A DNA stretch of 64,000 nt from Oscillospiraceae bacterium (GTDB lineage: Bacteria; Bacillota; Clostridia; Oscillospirales; CAG-272): the NCBI GenBank assembly GCA_015064735.1, contig SVRP01000009.1:8474-72473 (forward strand), read 5' to 3'. Below, one piece after another: positions 20,123-30,313 of this stretch. The position numbers and the translations under genes were made by a program. How positions within the stretch are numbered: the first letter of the stretch is position 1; each line of letters opens with the position of its first letter. A model generated the notes under the pieces. The model did not search any database. It saw only the letters and a list, made by a program, of their open reading frames with translations, and was not told the DNA's origin.

Positions 20123-20944
20123 ATGAGTAACGAATATAATTTTAAAATTCCAACCATTACGAATTACGAGGTAAACTACTATTTCAGCGATACCGAAACA
20201 CTTTGTCCCGCAAGGATTTACCCTTTTCATATGCATGATTCTATAGAAATATATATCCTTCTTGAGGGAGACGTTTCCTTTGCCGTTGAATCATCTCTTT
20301 ATAAGCTGTCAGCAGGAGATGCCATTATAACAAAGCCCAATGAAATGCACAACTGTATCCTCAATTCGGATTCTCTTCACAAGCATCTGTGCTTTTGGTT
20401 TGACTGCGGCTCAGGATTCCTTTTCGGGGATTTCCTTTCCCATGATTTCGGAAAAAACAACCTTGTATCCCCCGATGCGGAGTCCAAGAAAACACTTTCA
20501 AATCTTTACGAGGAGCTTAAGGGCGCATCCGATGCAGGCGACACTCACAGACAGTTTTATATTACGCTCCAAATCCTTTACATTCTGAGAAAATTCGTTT
20601 CCGGCGAATCCTCTCCGCAGATTCTTCCCGATTCTCTTACTGCAATTCTTCGGGATATAGACGAAAACTTTTCTGAAATAAAAAGGATCGAGGATATTGT
20701 CTCTAAGCACTTTATTTCACGAAGCACGTTAAACAGACTTTTCAGAGAATATCTGCATACCACTCCGAAAAAATATCTTGAATCCAAACGCCTTGCTTAT
20801 TCCCGTATGTTACTCCGTGAAGGGAAAAGCGTATTGGACGCTTGTATGGAGGCGGGCTTTTCCGATTGCTCTAACTATATCCGTCTCTTCAGGAAGCACT
20901 TTGACATTACTCCAAAGCAATATAAAGACAGCAAAAAATTTTAA
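20123..20944 (+). CDS. AraC-family transcriptional regulator
   Basis: H.HD..EI cupin plus 'AGFSDCSNYIRLFRKHF..TPKQY'. Confidence 0.9.
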   Translation: MSNEYNFKIPTITNYEVNYYFSDTETLCPARIYPFHMHDSIEIYILLEGDVSFAVESSLYKLSAGDAIITKPNEMHNCILNSDSLHKHLCFWFDCGSGFLFGDFLSHDFGKNNLVSPDAESKKTLSNLYEELKGASDAGDTHRQFYITLQILYILRKFVSGESSPQILPDSLTAILRDIDENFSEIKRIEDIVSKHFISRSTLNRLFREYLHTTPKKYLESKRLAYSRMLLREGKSVLDACMEAGFSDCSNYIRLFRKHFDITPKQYKDSKKF

Positions 20945-20948
20945 TTGC

Positions 20949-20985
20949 AAAAACGGTCTCGTTCGCTGATTTGAGACCGTTTTTT
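20949..20985 (+). terminator. intrinsic terminator
   Basis: aaaaacggtctc...gagaccgtttttt. Confidence 0.75.
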
Positions 20986-20995
20986 GGTTATTTTA

Positions 20996-21024
20996 TTGAC
21001 TTTTATTAGCTTTGGTAGTATAAT
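20996..21024 (+). promoter_or_regulatory. sigmaA-type promoter of GDPD gene
   Basis: TTGACT-17nt-TATAAT. Confidence 0.65.
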
Positions 21025-21105
21025 TTCATTGTAATACAGCGCAAAGACCGACTTGTTTGCCGCTTACTTATAATTTTTTAAAAAACACGTGAAAGGAAAC
21101 TGATT

Positions 21106-21942
21106 ATGGACACAAAAGTAACTCTTGCCGCCCACAGAGGCTGGCGCGGAAAGTATCCCGAAAACACAATGCTCGGCTTCCGTAAGGCGCTTGAGCTTGA
21201 CATTGATGCAATTGAGATGGATGCTCACATGACAAAGGATTATCAAATAGTAGTTTGCCACGACGCAACTCTCGACCGCACCACCGACACCTGCGGCGAA
21301 ATTTGCCGCATGACTCTTGAGGAAGTACGCAAGGCTGATGCGGGAATCAAGTTTGGAGAAGAATTCAAGGGCGAAAAGGTTCCCACCTTTGAGGAATTTC
21401 TGGAGCTTATGGCAAGCCGCCCCGACATCAGACTCCTGCTTGAGCTTAAGGACTATCCCGAGGTTATTGGAGATTTCGCTTACGCCTCCGCCGAGCTTAC
21501 CCTTTCTCTTTGCAGAAAGTACGGTATCTTCGGCAGCGACAGACTGACCGTTATCACGTTCTCTACGGGCATCTGCGCGTGGCTGAGAACACGCTATACC
21601 AAGGAAGATTTCCTCATCCACGGCTTCTATCCCAAGACTAAAATGAAGGGCTGGGAGAATGACGAGCCTTACAAATACTACGACGAGGTATGTCTTTTCA
21701 ACAACGGTGAGCGGGACCCTCAGGGCTTCCCCATCGACCGCGGAACGGTAGTTGCCGACAAGGCAAGATTTACCGAGTTTGCCCTTATGGGAATAAAGCC
21801 CTGCGTATATTACAGGCTCAACACCGACGAGGACGTTCACCGCTTGGCTTACGAGTACGGCGCTATCGGATTCACCTCCGACCACCCCGACATCTGCGGA
21901 CAGATACTCGATAAGATCGGCGCGAGAAAATTGAAGAAATAA
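21106..21942 (+). CDS. glycerophosphodiester phosphodiesterase family protein
   Basis: AHRG...PENT, E.D.H.TKD..IVVCHD, LELK, FTSDHP. Confidence 0.88.
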   Translation: MDTKVTLAAHRGWRGKYPENTMLGFRKALELDIDAIEMDAHMTKDYQIVVCHDATLDRTTDTCGEICRMTLEEVRKADAGIKFGEEFKGEKVPTFEEFLELMASRPDIRLLLELKDYPEVIGDFAYASAELTLSLCRKYGIFGSDRLTVITFSTGICAWLRTRYTKEDFLIHGFYPKTKMKGWENDEPYKYYDEVCLFNNGERDPQGFPIDRGTVVADKARFTEFALMGIKPCVYYRLNTDEDVHRLAYEYGAIGFTSDHPDICGQILDKIGARKLKK

Positions 21943-21950
21943 TAGGTATT

Positions 21951-21994
21951 AAACAATAATCCGACGAACGTAAAAATTCGTCGGATTATTGTTT
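21951..21994. terminator. bidirectional terminator hairpin
   Basis: aaacaataatccgacgaa / ttcgtcggattattgttt perfect inverted repeat between convergent genes. Confidence 0.8.
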
Positions 21995-21999
21995 ATAAA

Positions 22000-23130
22000 T
22001 TAACCCTTTCCGTCAGGTACAAACAAACATCTAAATGTATGTCCGCCTGCGTCGTAGGTAAGCAGTATACATCTTGCGGAATAGGACATGTTATCGAATC
22101 TGTTCATAACGCAAAGCTCTAAATACCCCTTCTCGTTTCCTTTCTTATCAAGAACGGTATACTTGTTTCCGTTTTTCTCACCTATAACGATCTCCTCGCG
22201 CTCATAAACCCCTTCTTTGTTTATACCTACCCACCCGACGGTTCCGCCTTTAGCTGCATAGAGCTCCATATTGTAATAAAATCCGCCGACGGTATACCAA
22301 TACCCATTATAATCGTCTATACTGAAATCGGTATCCGCTGCTTTCGGTTCGCTGCTTTCGTAGTGGGTAAAATAATATACGCCTTTGGGAATATCATAAG
22401 CTCCCGAATCTATTCCCTTTGTGACTGTGATCAACATTCCGTCGCCATCGAAGGAAACGCTTCCCTTAAGCTGATACGGATTGTTTTCGAATTCTCGGAA
22501 GATCAAAACTCCGTCCTTTTCTTCCGCAAACACGTCGAAATACCCGGGAATTCTGTCTCTCTGGTTAAAGCCGAATCTCAGATAGCCCTCTCCGTATCCG
22601 CTGACGAAAATGCAGAAATCGACGTCGGTTAAACTGCCGCAGTACCAATCTCCGTAAAGCCCTGACAGAGGTACGTTCGTAGCTTTGGGGCTTTCGTCAA
22701 ATACTATTTTCTTGTTTTCAAGCTCTTTATCGTATTCCCATTCTTCAAGGAAAAGAGTCAAATTTTCATTTTCGGTATCGATTTCAACCCTTCCGCTTAC
22801 TTCGTCGTATTCGGAAAAGAAGGTTATTTTTCCTCCGTCAAGAGTGAGCACGATGTCGCTCGTGGTTTCACCCAAGGTCAGACTTGTATAAGCTTTTTTT
22901 CTGTCGGCAGATATTCTGTATATCTTTATCTCCCCAAATTCATCGCACTTCCACACCCCTGCTACGGTGTCGGGAATCGCTTTAAGGGACCCATTTTCGG
23001 GCAGCTCGACGTTACCGTTATTAACCACGCCGCCATGAGCCTCATTTTTTACTATGACCTCTCGGTAACCGCAGGATGACACCGACAAAACAGTCAAAAG
23101 CACAAGTAAAACAGATAAAAGCTTTTTCAT
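22000..23130 (-). CDS. hypothetical lipoprotein (paralog of 23358-24584)
   Basis: MKK-hydrophobic-VSSC lipobox; shares motif blocks with neighbour. Confidence 0.7.
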   Translation of the reverse strand: MKKLLSVLLVLLTVLSVSSCGYREVIVKNEAHGGVVNNGNVELPENGSLKAIPDTVAGVWKCDEFGEIKIYRISADRKKAYTSLTLGETTSDIVLTLDGGKITFFSEYDEVSGRVEIDTENENLTLFLEEWEYDKELENKKIVFDESPKATNVPLSGLYGDWYCGSLTDVDFCIFVSGYGEGYLRFGFNQRDRIPGYFDVFAEEKDGVLIFREFENNPYQLKGSVSFDGDGMLITVTKGIDSGAYDIPKGVYYFTHYESSEPKAADTDFSIDDYNGYWYTVGGFYYNMELYAAKGGTVGWVGINKEGVYEREEIVIGEKNGNKYTVLDKKGNEKGYLELCVMNRFDNMSYSARCILLTYDAGGHTFRCLFVPDGKG

Positions 23131-23266
23131 TTTAAATCTCCTTTTTCATTCTTATGAGTCCATTTTATCACCGCAAAAAAGCGGCGTCAATAGGGTGGGG
23201 GAAATTTTTTTTACAGAGGCTATTTTTCGCCTGAAGTGGTGAAAAAAACCTATTTTCAAACGAAGG

Positions 23267-23296
23267 GGCTGTCTCAAATGAAAATTTGAGACAGCC
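23267..23296. repeat. palindromic intergenic repeat copy 2
   Basis: GGCTGTCTCAAAT-gaaa-ATTTGAGACAGCC. Confidence 0.85.
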
Positions 23297-23357
23297 TATT
23301 TTCTGTATTTGACCGGAATGGCAAAATGATTTTTGTCAAATCATTAAGCCGCAACGC

Positions 23358-24584
23358 TCAGCCCTTTGCGGTATCATCCGAATAGACAAAGTAAACACTT
23401 TTCTCACGGGTACCGTTTTTGTCCTCATAAAGAACCAACTGAATACAATCCTTTGTTTTACTGTAAGAAGCGGGATAATACATATGGTTACAGAGATACA
23501 TCTCTCCTATTTCTTTACCGTCAGAAGCAACCAAAGGAATTCGGGTGCTTGTTCCGTTATCACCTATACTGAATTGGGTAGTCGTCCAAAGTGAGGTTGT
23601 TCTGTCGTATTGAGTTACGGTTCCGATACCCACCGATATGCGTCTGAGATCAAGATTGACATAAAGAGAGCTCCATTCGGTTGCCATTGACGACAACTGA
23701 TCTCGATTAACGGTAGAAAACCGTGTTGCATAATCGTAATCGAAATAATATATTCCCTTTTCGAGGTTTAACCACTGGGCGCCCTCATTAACGAAAAGCA
23801 AAATACCGGTTCCTCTGTGCTCAAGGATTCCGTTAATTGTTCCCGTGCTGTCCAAAAATGCCCATTTTCCGTTATTGGGTATAGCGAAAAAGGTTGCAGA
23901 TGCTCCTGTTTCAAGCTCAGTAAACTTGAATGTGATTTCTCTACTGTTATAGCTCAGGGTCCTTAAGCTATACTGTCCGCCGGACCGTTCACTAAGACTG
24001 CCTTGCTTTGATTCATCAAATACTTCTCCGTATATACCCTCAAGGGAGAAATCCACACTGTTGCCGGGTCTTGAGTCGAAAACAAGCTCCTCTCTTGCGA
24101 GCCACGCATCGCCTTCCCAGCTACTAAGCATAAGCGTCAAAACCCTTTCACCGACGGTGATCTTTCCGCTTCTCGTTCCGTTATTGGACGAAAAGCTTAT
24201 AACTCCGTCTTTATATTCTCCGACAAAGCGGTCTTTAACTCTGCCAACCTCTACAAGAAATTCTACCCGTCTTCCGTCAGACGATATTCTGTATATTACA
24301 ATGCGGTACGAATCATTTAAATTGCAATGCCAGGCTCCTGCATGCCTTGCGGAAAGTTTGTAAAATTCACCGTCCTTCAGGTCAGTATTTACGTCGAAGC
24401 TATCTTGAGTATAACTCTCCGAGCTGCCGTCATCCGAGACTATGCCATCACTTCCGCTGATGCTCGGTAGATCCGAGCTATCAAAAAACTGAACATCTAC
24501 GTCCTCAATGGAAAGCTTGAACATTGCTATAATAAAAACTGTCAAAAACATAACGGCGAGTAATATCGATAAAAATATTTTCAT
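23358..24584 (-). CDS. hypothetical membrane-anchored exported protein (paralog of 22000-23130)
   Basis: N-terminal hydrophobic anchor, Ser/Asp linker; start moved to ATG 24584 (AAGGAGG RBS). Confidence 0.7.
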   Translation of the reverse strand: MKIFLSILLAVMFLTVFIIAMFKLSIEDVDVQFFDSSDLPSISGSDGIVSDDGSSESYTQDSFDVNTDLKDGEFYKLSARHAGAWHCNLNDSYRIVIYRISSDGRRVEFLVEVGRVKDRFVGEYKDGVISFSSNNGTRSGKITVGERVLTLMLSSWEGDAWLAREELVFDSRPGNSVDFSLEGIYGEVFDESKQGSLSERSGGQYSLRTLSYNSREITFKFTELETGASATFFAIPNNGKWAFLDSTGTINGILEHRGTGILLFVNEGAQWLNLEKGIYYFDYDYATRFSTVNRDQLSSMATEWSSLYVNLDLRRISVGIGTVTQYDRTTSLWTTTQFSIGDNGTSTRIPLVASDGKEIGEMYLCNHMYYPASYSKTKDCIQLVLYEDKNGTREKSVYFVYSDDTAKG

Positions 24585-24814
24585 TTTCAAGCCCTCCTTT
24601 TTCATTCTCACAGATTTATTTTAGCATATCGAAAAAAACATGTCAATACGGTGTGAAAAAAAACTTTTTTAACGCACCGTTTTTGCGAAAAGTGGTGAAA
24701 AAATCCTATTTTTGATCTACTGCCGGAATTTTTATTTTTTTTAATTATTGCTGTGGGACTGTTATGATCGCTATACAAAATTGTTATAAATATTATATAA
24801 ATCCTATTTTTTTA

Positions 24815-24843
24815 TTGACAAAGTATTTTGTCAGTGGTATAAT
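24815..24843 (+). promoter_or_regulatory. consensus sigmaA promoter of paaK-ior operon with overlapping operator-like palindrome
   Basis: TTGACA-17nt-(TG)-TATAAT; TGACAAA-gtat-TTTGTCA at 24816-24833. Confidence 0.75.
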
Positions 24844-24924
24844 TTAATTTGTATTATTTTTGTATATGCGATTTTGATCGCTAATACGAAGCCAAAAAAA
24901 TATGCAAAAAAGGAAAAAGGAAAA

Positions 24925-26223
24925 ATGATCTGGTCAAAAGAAGAGACTCTCCCAAGAGAGGAAATAGAAAAAATACAGTTAGAGCGATTGCAGGAAACTG
25001 TAAACCGAGTATACGAAAAGGTTGCTCCATATCGCAAAAAGATGGACGATGCGGGTGTTAAGCCGGAGGATATAAAAACTCTCGCCGACCTTTCAAAGCT
25101 CCCCTTTGTTACCAAGCAGGACATGAGAGACAACTATCCCTTCGGTCTTTTCGCAGTAGACAGAGACGAGCTTGTGCGAATTCACGCATCCAGCGGTACT
25201 ACGGGTAAACCTACCGTCGTAGGATACACTCAGGGCGACCTCGAAACATGGACCGAATGCGTAACGCGTATTGCCTGCATGGGCGGAGCAAGCTCTCACG
25301 ACGTAGCACAGATATGCTTCGGCTACGGAATGTTTACAGGCGCTCTCGGTCTCCACTACGGACTTGAGAATATGGGCGCAGCTATTGTTCCCTCATCCAC
25401 CGGTAACTCTCAAAAGCAGATAATGTACATGCAGGACTTCGAGACATCTCTGCTCGTCGCGACTCCATCCTACGCGCTTCGCCTGGCTGAGGTGGCAAGA
25501 GAAATGGGGATTGATCCCGCAAAGGATCTCAAGGTCAAGATAGCCCTTGTGGGAAGCGAGCTCCTCACCGACGCTATGCGTGAGGAAATGCACAAATTCT
25601 GGGGAGACGATATTCTTATTACCTCCAACTACGGAATGAGCGAGCTTATGGGTCCCGGTGTCTCGGGTGAATGTACCGAGCTTTGCGGAATGCACATAAA
25701 CGAGGACTTCTTTATACCCGAAATAATCAATCCCGAAACGGGAGAGGTACTCCCCGCGGGAGAAAAGGGTGAGCTTGTTATCACCTGCATCAAGAAAGAG
25801 GGTATCCCGCTTATCCGTTACAGAACCAAGGATATTACCCGTTTGTTCTACGAAAAGTGCAAGTGCGGAAGAACCTTCTGCAGAATGGAAAATCTTTCGG
25901 GAAGAAGCGACGACATGCTTAAAATACGCGGCGTAAACGTGTTCCCGAGCCAGATAGAGGAAGTAATCCTCAGTGTTGAGGAGCTCGGTCCTCACTACGA
26001 GATCATCCTCGAGCGTGAGGGATATCTCGACAAGATGACCGTTAAGGTAGAGCTTGCTCAGAGTACCGACTCCTTCTCGGAGCTTGAGCGCATCACAAGA
26101 GACGTAAGAAACAAACTGAAAATAATGCTGGGTCTGGACGCAAAGGTTATGCTTGAATCCCCCAACACTCTTCAGAGATTTGAAGGAAAGGCAAAAAGAG
26201 TTAAGGATTTAAGGAGTAAATAA
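24925..26223 (+). CDS. paaK: phenylacetate(arylacetate)-CoA ligase, copy 1
   Basis: RDNYPFG, HASSGTTGKP, YG.FTG.LG, YGMSE..GPG, RYRT.D, GRSDDM..IRGVNVFP.QIE; start moved to ATG 24925. Confidence 0.92.
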   Translation: MIWSKEETLPREEIEKIQLERLQETVNRVYEKVAPYRKKMDDAGVKPEDIKTLADLSKLPFVTKQDMRDNYPFGLFAVDRDELVRIHASSGTTGKPTVVGYTQGDLETWTECVTRIACMGGASSHDVAQICFGYGMFTGALGLHYGLENMGAAIVPSSTGNSQKQIMYMQDFETSLLVATPSYALRLAEVAREMGIDPAKDLKVKIALVGSELLTDAMREEMHKFWGDDILITSNYGMSELMGPGVSGECTELCGMHINEDFFIPEIINPETGEVLPAGEKGELVITCIKKEGIPLIRYRTKDITRLFYEKCKCGRTFCRMENLSGRSDDMLKIRGVNVFPSQIEEVILSVEELGPHYEIILEREGYLDKMTVKVELAQSTDSFSELERITRDVRNKLKIMLGLDAKVMLESPNTLQRFEGKAKRVKDLRSK

Positions 26224-26225
26224 TC

Positions 26226-27965
26226 ATGAGCAATAAAGTTATTATGCTCGGTAACGAGGCAATCGCAAGAGGCGCGTACGAGGCAGGAGTTAAGGTCTCC
26301 AGCGCATACCCCGGAACACCGAGTACCGAAATCAGCGAATATCTCGCTAAATATGACGAAGTATACACCGAATGGGCTCCCAACGAAAAGGTTGCCGCTG
26401 AGGTCGCTATAGGCGCATCCATTGCGGGCGTTCGCAGTCTCGCTTGTATGAAGCACGTCGGTCTCAACGTAGCAAGCGACCCCCTTTACACCTTTGCTTA
26501 TACGGGTGTTACGGGCGGCTCCGTTCTCGTCGTTGCAGACGACCCCGGTCTTGCAAGCTCCCAGAACGAGCAGGACACAAGAATGATAGCAAGAGCGGCG
26601 CACGTTCCGGTTCTTGAGCCCTCCGACAGCGGAGAAGCTAAGGACTTCATGAAGTACGCGTATGAGCTCAGCGAAAAATACGATACGCCCGTTATTCTCC
26701 GCACCACCACAAAGCTTGCTCACTCACAGAGCACCGTTGAGCTTTGCGACAGAGTTGAGGTAGAGGACAAAGCTTATGAGAGAAACGTAGCAAAGTACGT
26801 CATGATGCCCGCGTCCGCCATCGGAAGACACCTCTACGTTGAGGACAGAGAAAGGAGAATGGCTGCCGACAGCGCATCCTTCCCCGTAAACAAGGTTGAA
26901 ATAAACGATAAGAAGCTCGGCTTCATTACCTGCGGTATCGCTTACCAGTACGTTAAGGAAGCTTGCCCCGACGCAAGCGTTCTTAAGCTCGGTCTCGTTA
27001 ACCCCATCTCCCGTGAGCTTATCGCAAGCTTTATTGAGCAGGTCGAAACAGTTTACGTATTTGAGGAGCTTGAGCCCGTTATCGAGGAGCAGGTCCGCGC
27101 TTGGGGCTTTGACGTTAAGGGTAAGGAATGCTTTACCCGTCAGGGCGAATACAGCGCAAATATGCTCAAGAAGGTAATCTACGGAGAAGGCGGAGCTGTT
27201 TTTGCAAAGCAGGAAACTCCCAACCGTCCTCCCATACTCTGCCCCGGCTGTCCCCACAGAAGTGTATTCTCTGTTCTTAACAAGCTGAAGATTCACGCAT
27301 CGGGCGACATTGGCTGCTACACTCTCGGAGCGGTTGCTCCTCTGAGCGTTATTGATTCCACCATTTGTATGGGCGCAAGTATTTCGGCTCTCCACGGCAT
27401 GGAAAAGGCAAGAGGCAAGGAATACGTTAAGAACTGGGTTGCCGTTATCGGAGACTCCACTTTCTTACATACAGGTATTAACTCTCTCGTTAACATGGTA
27501 TACAATAAGGCTACCGGCACAGTTATGATTCTCGACAACCGTACCACGGGTATGACGGGACATCAGGACCATGCGGCTACGGGTAAGACCCTTAAGGGCG
27601 AGGAAACCAATGCCATAGACTTCCCCACCCTCTGCCGTGCTATCGGTGTTGAAAACGTAATCGAGGTAAACGCCTTCGACGTTAAGGAGCTTGAGCGCGT
27701 TATTACCGAAAGCGTAAACAGCGATACTCTCACTGTTATTATAACCAAGTCTCCCTGCGTTCTCCTCAAGGGTCAGAAGTTCCCGAACAAGTGCGCAGTA
27801 GACCCCGACAAGTGCAGAAAATGCGGAATGTGTATGAAAATAGGATGTCCCGCAATGACTAAGGGTGAGGACGGAAAGGTCAAGATAGACCCCACAATGT
27901 GCAACGGCTGCGGCCTTTGCAAGAATTATTGCAAATTCGGCGCAATAGAAACGGTGGTGAAGTAA
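26226..27965 (+). CDS. iorA: indolepyruvate:ferredoxin oxidoreductase alpha subunit
   Basis: LGNEAIARG, YPGTPSTE, MKHVGLNVA.D, CPGCPH, GDIGC, GDSTF.H, C-terminal 2x CxxCxxC ferredoxin. Confidence 0.95.
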   Translation: MSNKVIMLGNEAIARGAYEAGVKVSSAYPGTPSTEISEYLAKYDEVYTEWAPNEKVAAEVAIGASIAGVRSLACMKHVGLNVASDPLYTFAYTGVTGGSVLVVADDPGLASSQNEQDTRMIARAAHVPVLEPSDSGEAKDFMKYAYELSEKYDTPVILRTTTKLAHSQSTVELCDRVEVEDKAYERNVAKYVMMPASAIGRHLYVEDRERRMAADSASFPVNKVEINDKKLGFITCGIAYQYVKEACPDASVLKLGLVNPISRELIASFIEQVETVYVFEELEPVIEEQVRAWGFDVKGKECFTRQGEYSANMLKKVIYGEGGAVFAKQETPNRPPILCPGCPHRSVFSVLNKLKIHASGDIGCYTLGAVAPLSVIDSTICMGASISALHGMEKARGKEYVKNWVAVIGDSTFLHTGINSLVNMVYNKATGTVMILDNRTTGMTGHQDHAATGKTLKGEETNAIDFPTLCRAIGVENVIEVNAFDVKELERVITESVNSDTLTVIITKSPCVLLKGQKFPNKCAVDPDKCRKCGMCMKIGCPAMTKGEDGKVKIDPTMCNGCGLCKNYCKFGAIETVVK

Positions 27966-27966
27966 T

Positions 27967-28539
27967 ATGACTAAAAATATAATGATAGTTGGTGTTGGCG
28001 GTCAGGGCACGCTTCTGACCAGCCGTATAATCGGAAAGACCGCTCTTTCTCAGGGGCTTGACGTAAAGATATCCGAGGTTCACGGAATGGCTCAGAGAGG
28101 CGGAAGCGTCGTTACCTTCGTTCGCTTTGGCGAGAAGGTTTGCGAGCCCGTCGTTGAAGAGGGGCAGGCAGACGTTATTATAGCTTTTGAGCGTCTTGAG
28201 GCTATGAGATACTCTCATTTCCTTAAGAAGGACGGAATTCTTATAGTTAACGATTGCAGAATTGATCCAATGACAGTCGTTATCGGTGCTAAGCAATACC
28301 CCGAAAACATACTTGAGGATCTCGGCAAAAAGCACACGGTATACTCCATTGACGGTCAGAAAATTGCTATTGAGCTTGGAAACAGCAAGGTACTCAACTC
28401 GGTTGTTCTCGGATATTCGGCAAAGCATATCGGATTTGACAAGGAAACCTGGCTTGACATTGTGTCTTCAACCGTTCCTCCAAAAACCGTTGAGCTCAAC
28501 CAAAAAGCATTTATCACAGGGTATGATATGCAGAAATAA
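27967..28539 (+). CDS. iorB: indolepyruvate:ferredoxin oxidoreductase beta subunit
   Basis: GVGGQG, SEVHGMAQRGGSV. Confidence 0.95.
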   Translation: MTKNIMIVGVGGQGTLLTSRIIGKTALSQGLDVKISEVHGMAQRGGSVVTFVRFGEKVCEPVVEEGQADVIIAFERLEAMRYSHFLKKDGILIVNDCRIDPMTVVIGAKQYPENILEDLGKKHTVYSIDGQKIAIELGNSKVLNSVVLGYSAKHIGFDKETWLDIVSSTVPPKTVELNQKAFITGYDMQK

Positions 28540-28553
28540 GGAGAACACTAAAA

Positions 28554-29852
28554 ATGATCTGGAATGAAACAAAAGAATGTATGAGCCGCGATCAGATGAC
28601 TAATCTTCAGAGCGCAAGACTTGTAAAGCTCGTTGATTACGTTTATCACAACGTTGAATTTTACCGCAAGAAAATGCAGGCGGTAGGTCTCATGCCGGGC
28701 GATATTAAGAGCATCGAGGATATAACCAAGCTCCCCTTCACCACAAAGGACGACCTCCGCGATACCTATCCCTTCGGTCTCTTTGCCGTACCCAATTCCG
28801 AAATCGTAAGAATCCACGCTTCCAGCGGTACTACGGGTAAGGCAACCGTTGTAGGATACACAAGATACGACCTGGAAATCTGGGCAGAGTGCGTTGCCCG
28901 TTGTATGACAATGGCGGGTATCGGAAAGGACGATATTATCCAGGTTGCTTACGGCTACGGTCTCTTTACCGGCGGACTTGGCGCGCACAGCGGCGCCGAG
29001 AAGATTGGTGCAACCGTTGTTCCCATGAGCACAGGTAACTCCAAAAAGCTCACGACTATGATGGTTGACTTCGGTGCAACCGCAATTGCTTGTACTCCCT
29101 CTTATCTGCTCCATATTTCAGAGGTTCTTGCCACTGAGGGCTTGCTTGACAAGATCAAGCTCAGAGCTGCCGTTTGCGGTGCTGAGCCCTGGACAGAAAA
29201 GATGCGTCAGGAAATCGAGAAGCGGCTTAACATAAAGGCATACGACATTTACGGCTTGAGTGAGGTAATGGGACCCGGCGTTGCTTGCGACTGCCAGTTC
29301 CACAAGGGTCTCCACGTTTGCGAGGATCACTTCTATCCCGAAATACTCAATTCCGCAACTCTTACTCCCGTTGCGGAGGGTGAGACCGGTGAGCTTGCCT
29401 TCACCACTCTCACAAAACAGGGTATTCCTCTTATCCGTTACAGAACCAAGGACCTTACGAGCATTGACCGTTCTCCCTGCGAATGCGGAAGAACCAGTGC
29501 GAGAATCTCCCGCTTCAAGGGCCGTGTTGACGACATGCTCATTATCCGCGGGGTAAACGTATTCCCAAGCCAGGTTGAGGCGGCTCTTGTTGACGTTGAG
29601 GAGGTTACACCTCACTACATGATGGTGGTTGACCGAATCAATAACCTTGACACACTTGAAATTCAGGTTGAGATAGACCAGAAGTATTATACCGACGAAA
29701 TAAGAGCTATTGAGGCACTCAACAAGAAGATCTCTCACATTATTCAGCAGGCTCTCGGTATTAATGCAAAGATCAAGATAGTTGAGCCTCAGACCCTTGT
29801 AAGAAGCGAGGGCAAGGCTGTTCACGTAATAGACAACCGTAAATACGACTGA
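28554..29852 (+). CDS. paaK: phenylacetate(arylacetate)-CoA ligase, copy 2
   Basis: HASSGTTGK, GAEPW, YGLSE..GPG, GRVDDMLIIRGVNVFPSQ. Confidence 0.92.
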   Translation: MIWNETKECMSRDQMTNLQSARLVKLVDYVYHNVEFYRKKMQAVGLMPGDIKSIEDITKLPFTTKDDLRDTYPFGLFAVPNSEIVRIHASSGTTGKATVVGYTRYDLEIWAECVARCMTMAGIGKDDIIQVAYGYGLFTGGLGAHSGAEKIGATVVPMSTGNSKKLTTMMVDFGATAIACTPSYLLHISEVLATEGLLDKIKLRAAVCGAEPWTEKMRQEIEKRLNIKAYDIYGLSEVMGPGVACDCQFHKGLHVCEDHFYPEILNSATLTPVAEGETGELAFTTLTKQGIPLIRYRTKDLTSIDRSPCECGRTSARISRFKGRVDDMLIIRGVNVFPSQVEAALVDVEEVTPHYMMVVDRINNLDTLEIQVEIDQKYYTDEIRAIEALNKKISHIIQQALGINAKIKIVEPQTLVRSEGKAVHVIDNRKYD

Positions 29853-29871
29853 TTTAAAGGAGGATTTTAAA

Positions 29872-30300
29872 ATGTTTGCAAAGCAGCTTACAGTATTTAT
29901 CGAAAACAGAACGGGCAGACTCAGCGAGGTTCTTAACGTTCTTAAGGAAAACGGCGTAAACATCATTTCCATGAGCCTTGCCGATACCACAGAGTTCGGT
30001 CTGCTCAGACTTATCGTAAACGATCCTGTACTCGGAAAGGAAAAGCTTACCGAGGGTGGCTTCTCTTCCCTTATTTCCGACGTTTCAATTATAAAGATTC
30101 CCCACAAGGCAGGCAGCCTTCAGGAGCTTCTTAAGGCGATCGACGACAACGGAGTCAACATAGAGTACATGTACGGTCTGTCGGTAGATACTGACAAGGC
30201 GTACGTTGTTCTCAAGGCATCAAACATAGCTCTCGCGGACGAGATACTCACCAAGAACAACATAGAGACCATTTCCTGCGAGCAGCTTATTAAAATGTAA
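29872..30300 (+). CDS. ACT-domain (amino-acid-binding) protein
   Basis: KQLTVFIEN..GRL...ADT.EFGLLRLIV, NIEYMY; usual paaK/ior neighbour. Confidence 0.85.
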   Translation: MFAKQLTVFIENRTGRLSEVLNVLKENGVNIISMSLADTTEFGLLRLIVNDPVLGKEKLTEGGFSSLISDVSIIKIPHKAGSLQELLKAIDDNGVNIEYMYGLSVDTDKAYVVLKASNIALADEILTKNNIETISCEQLIKM

Positions 30301-30313
30301 CAGAGGTTACTCA

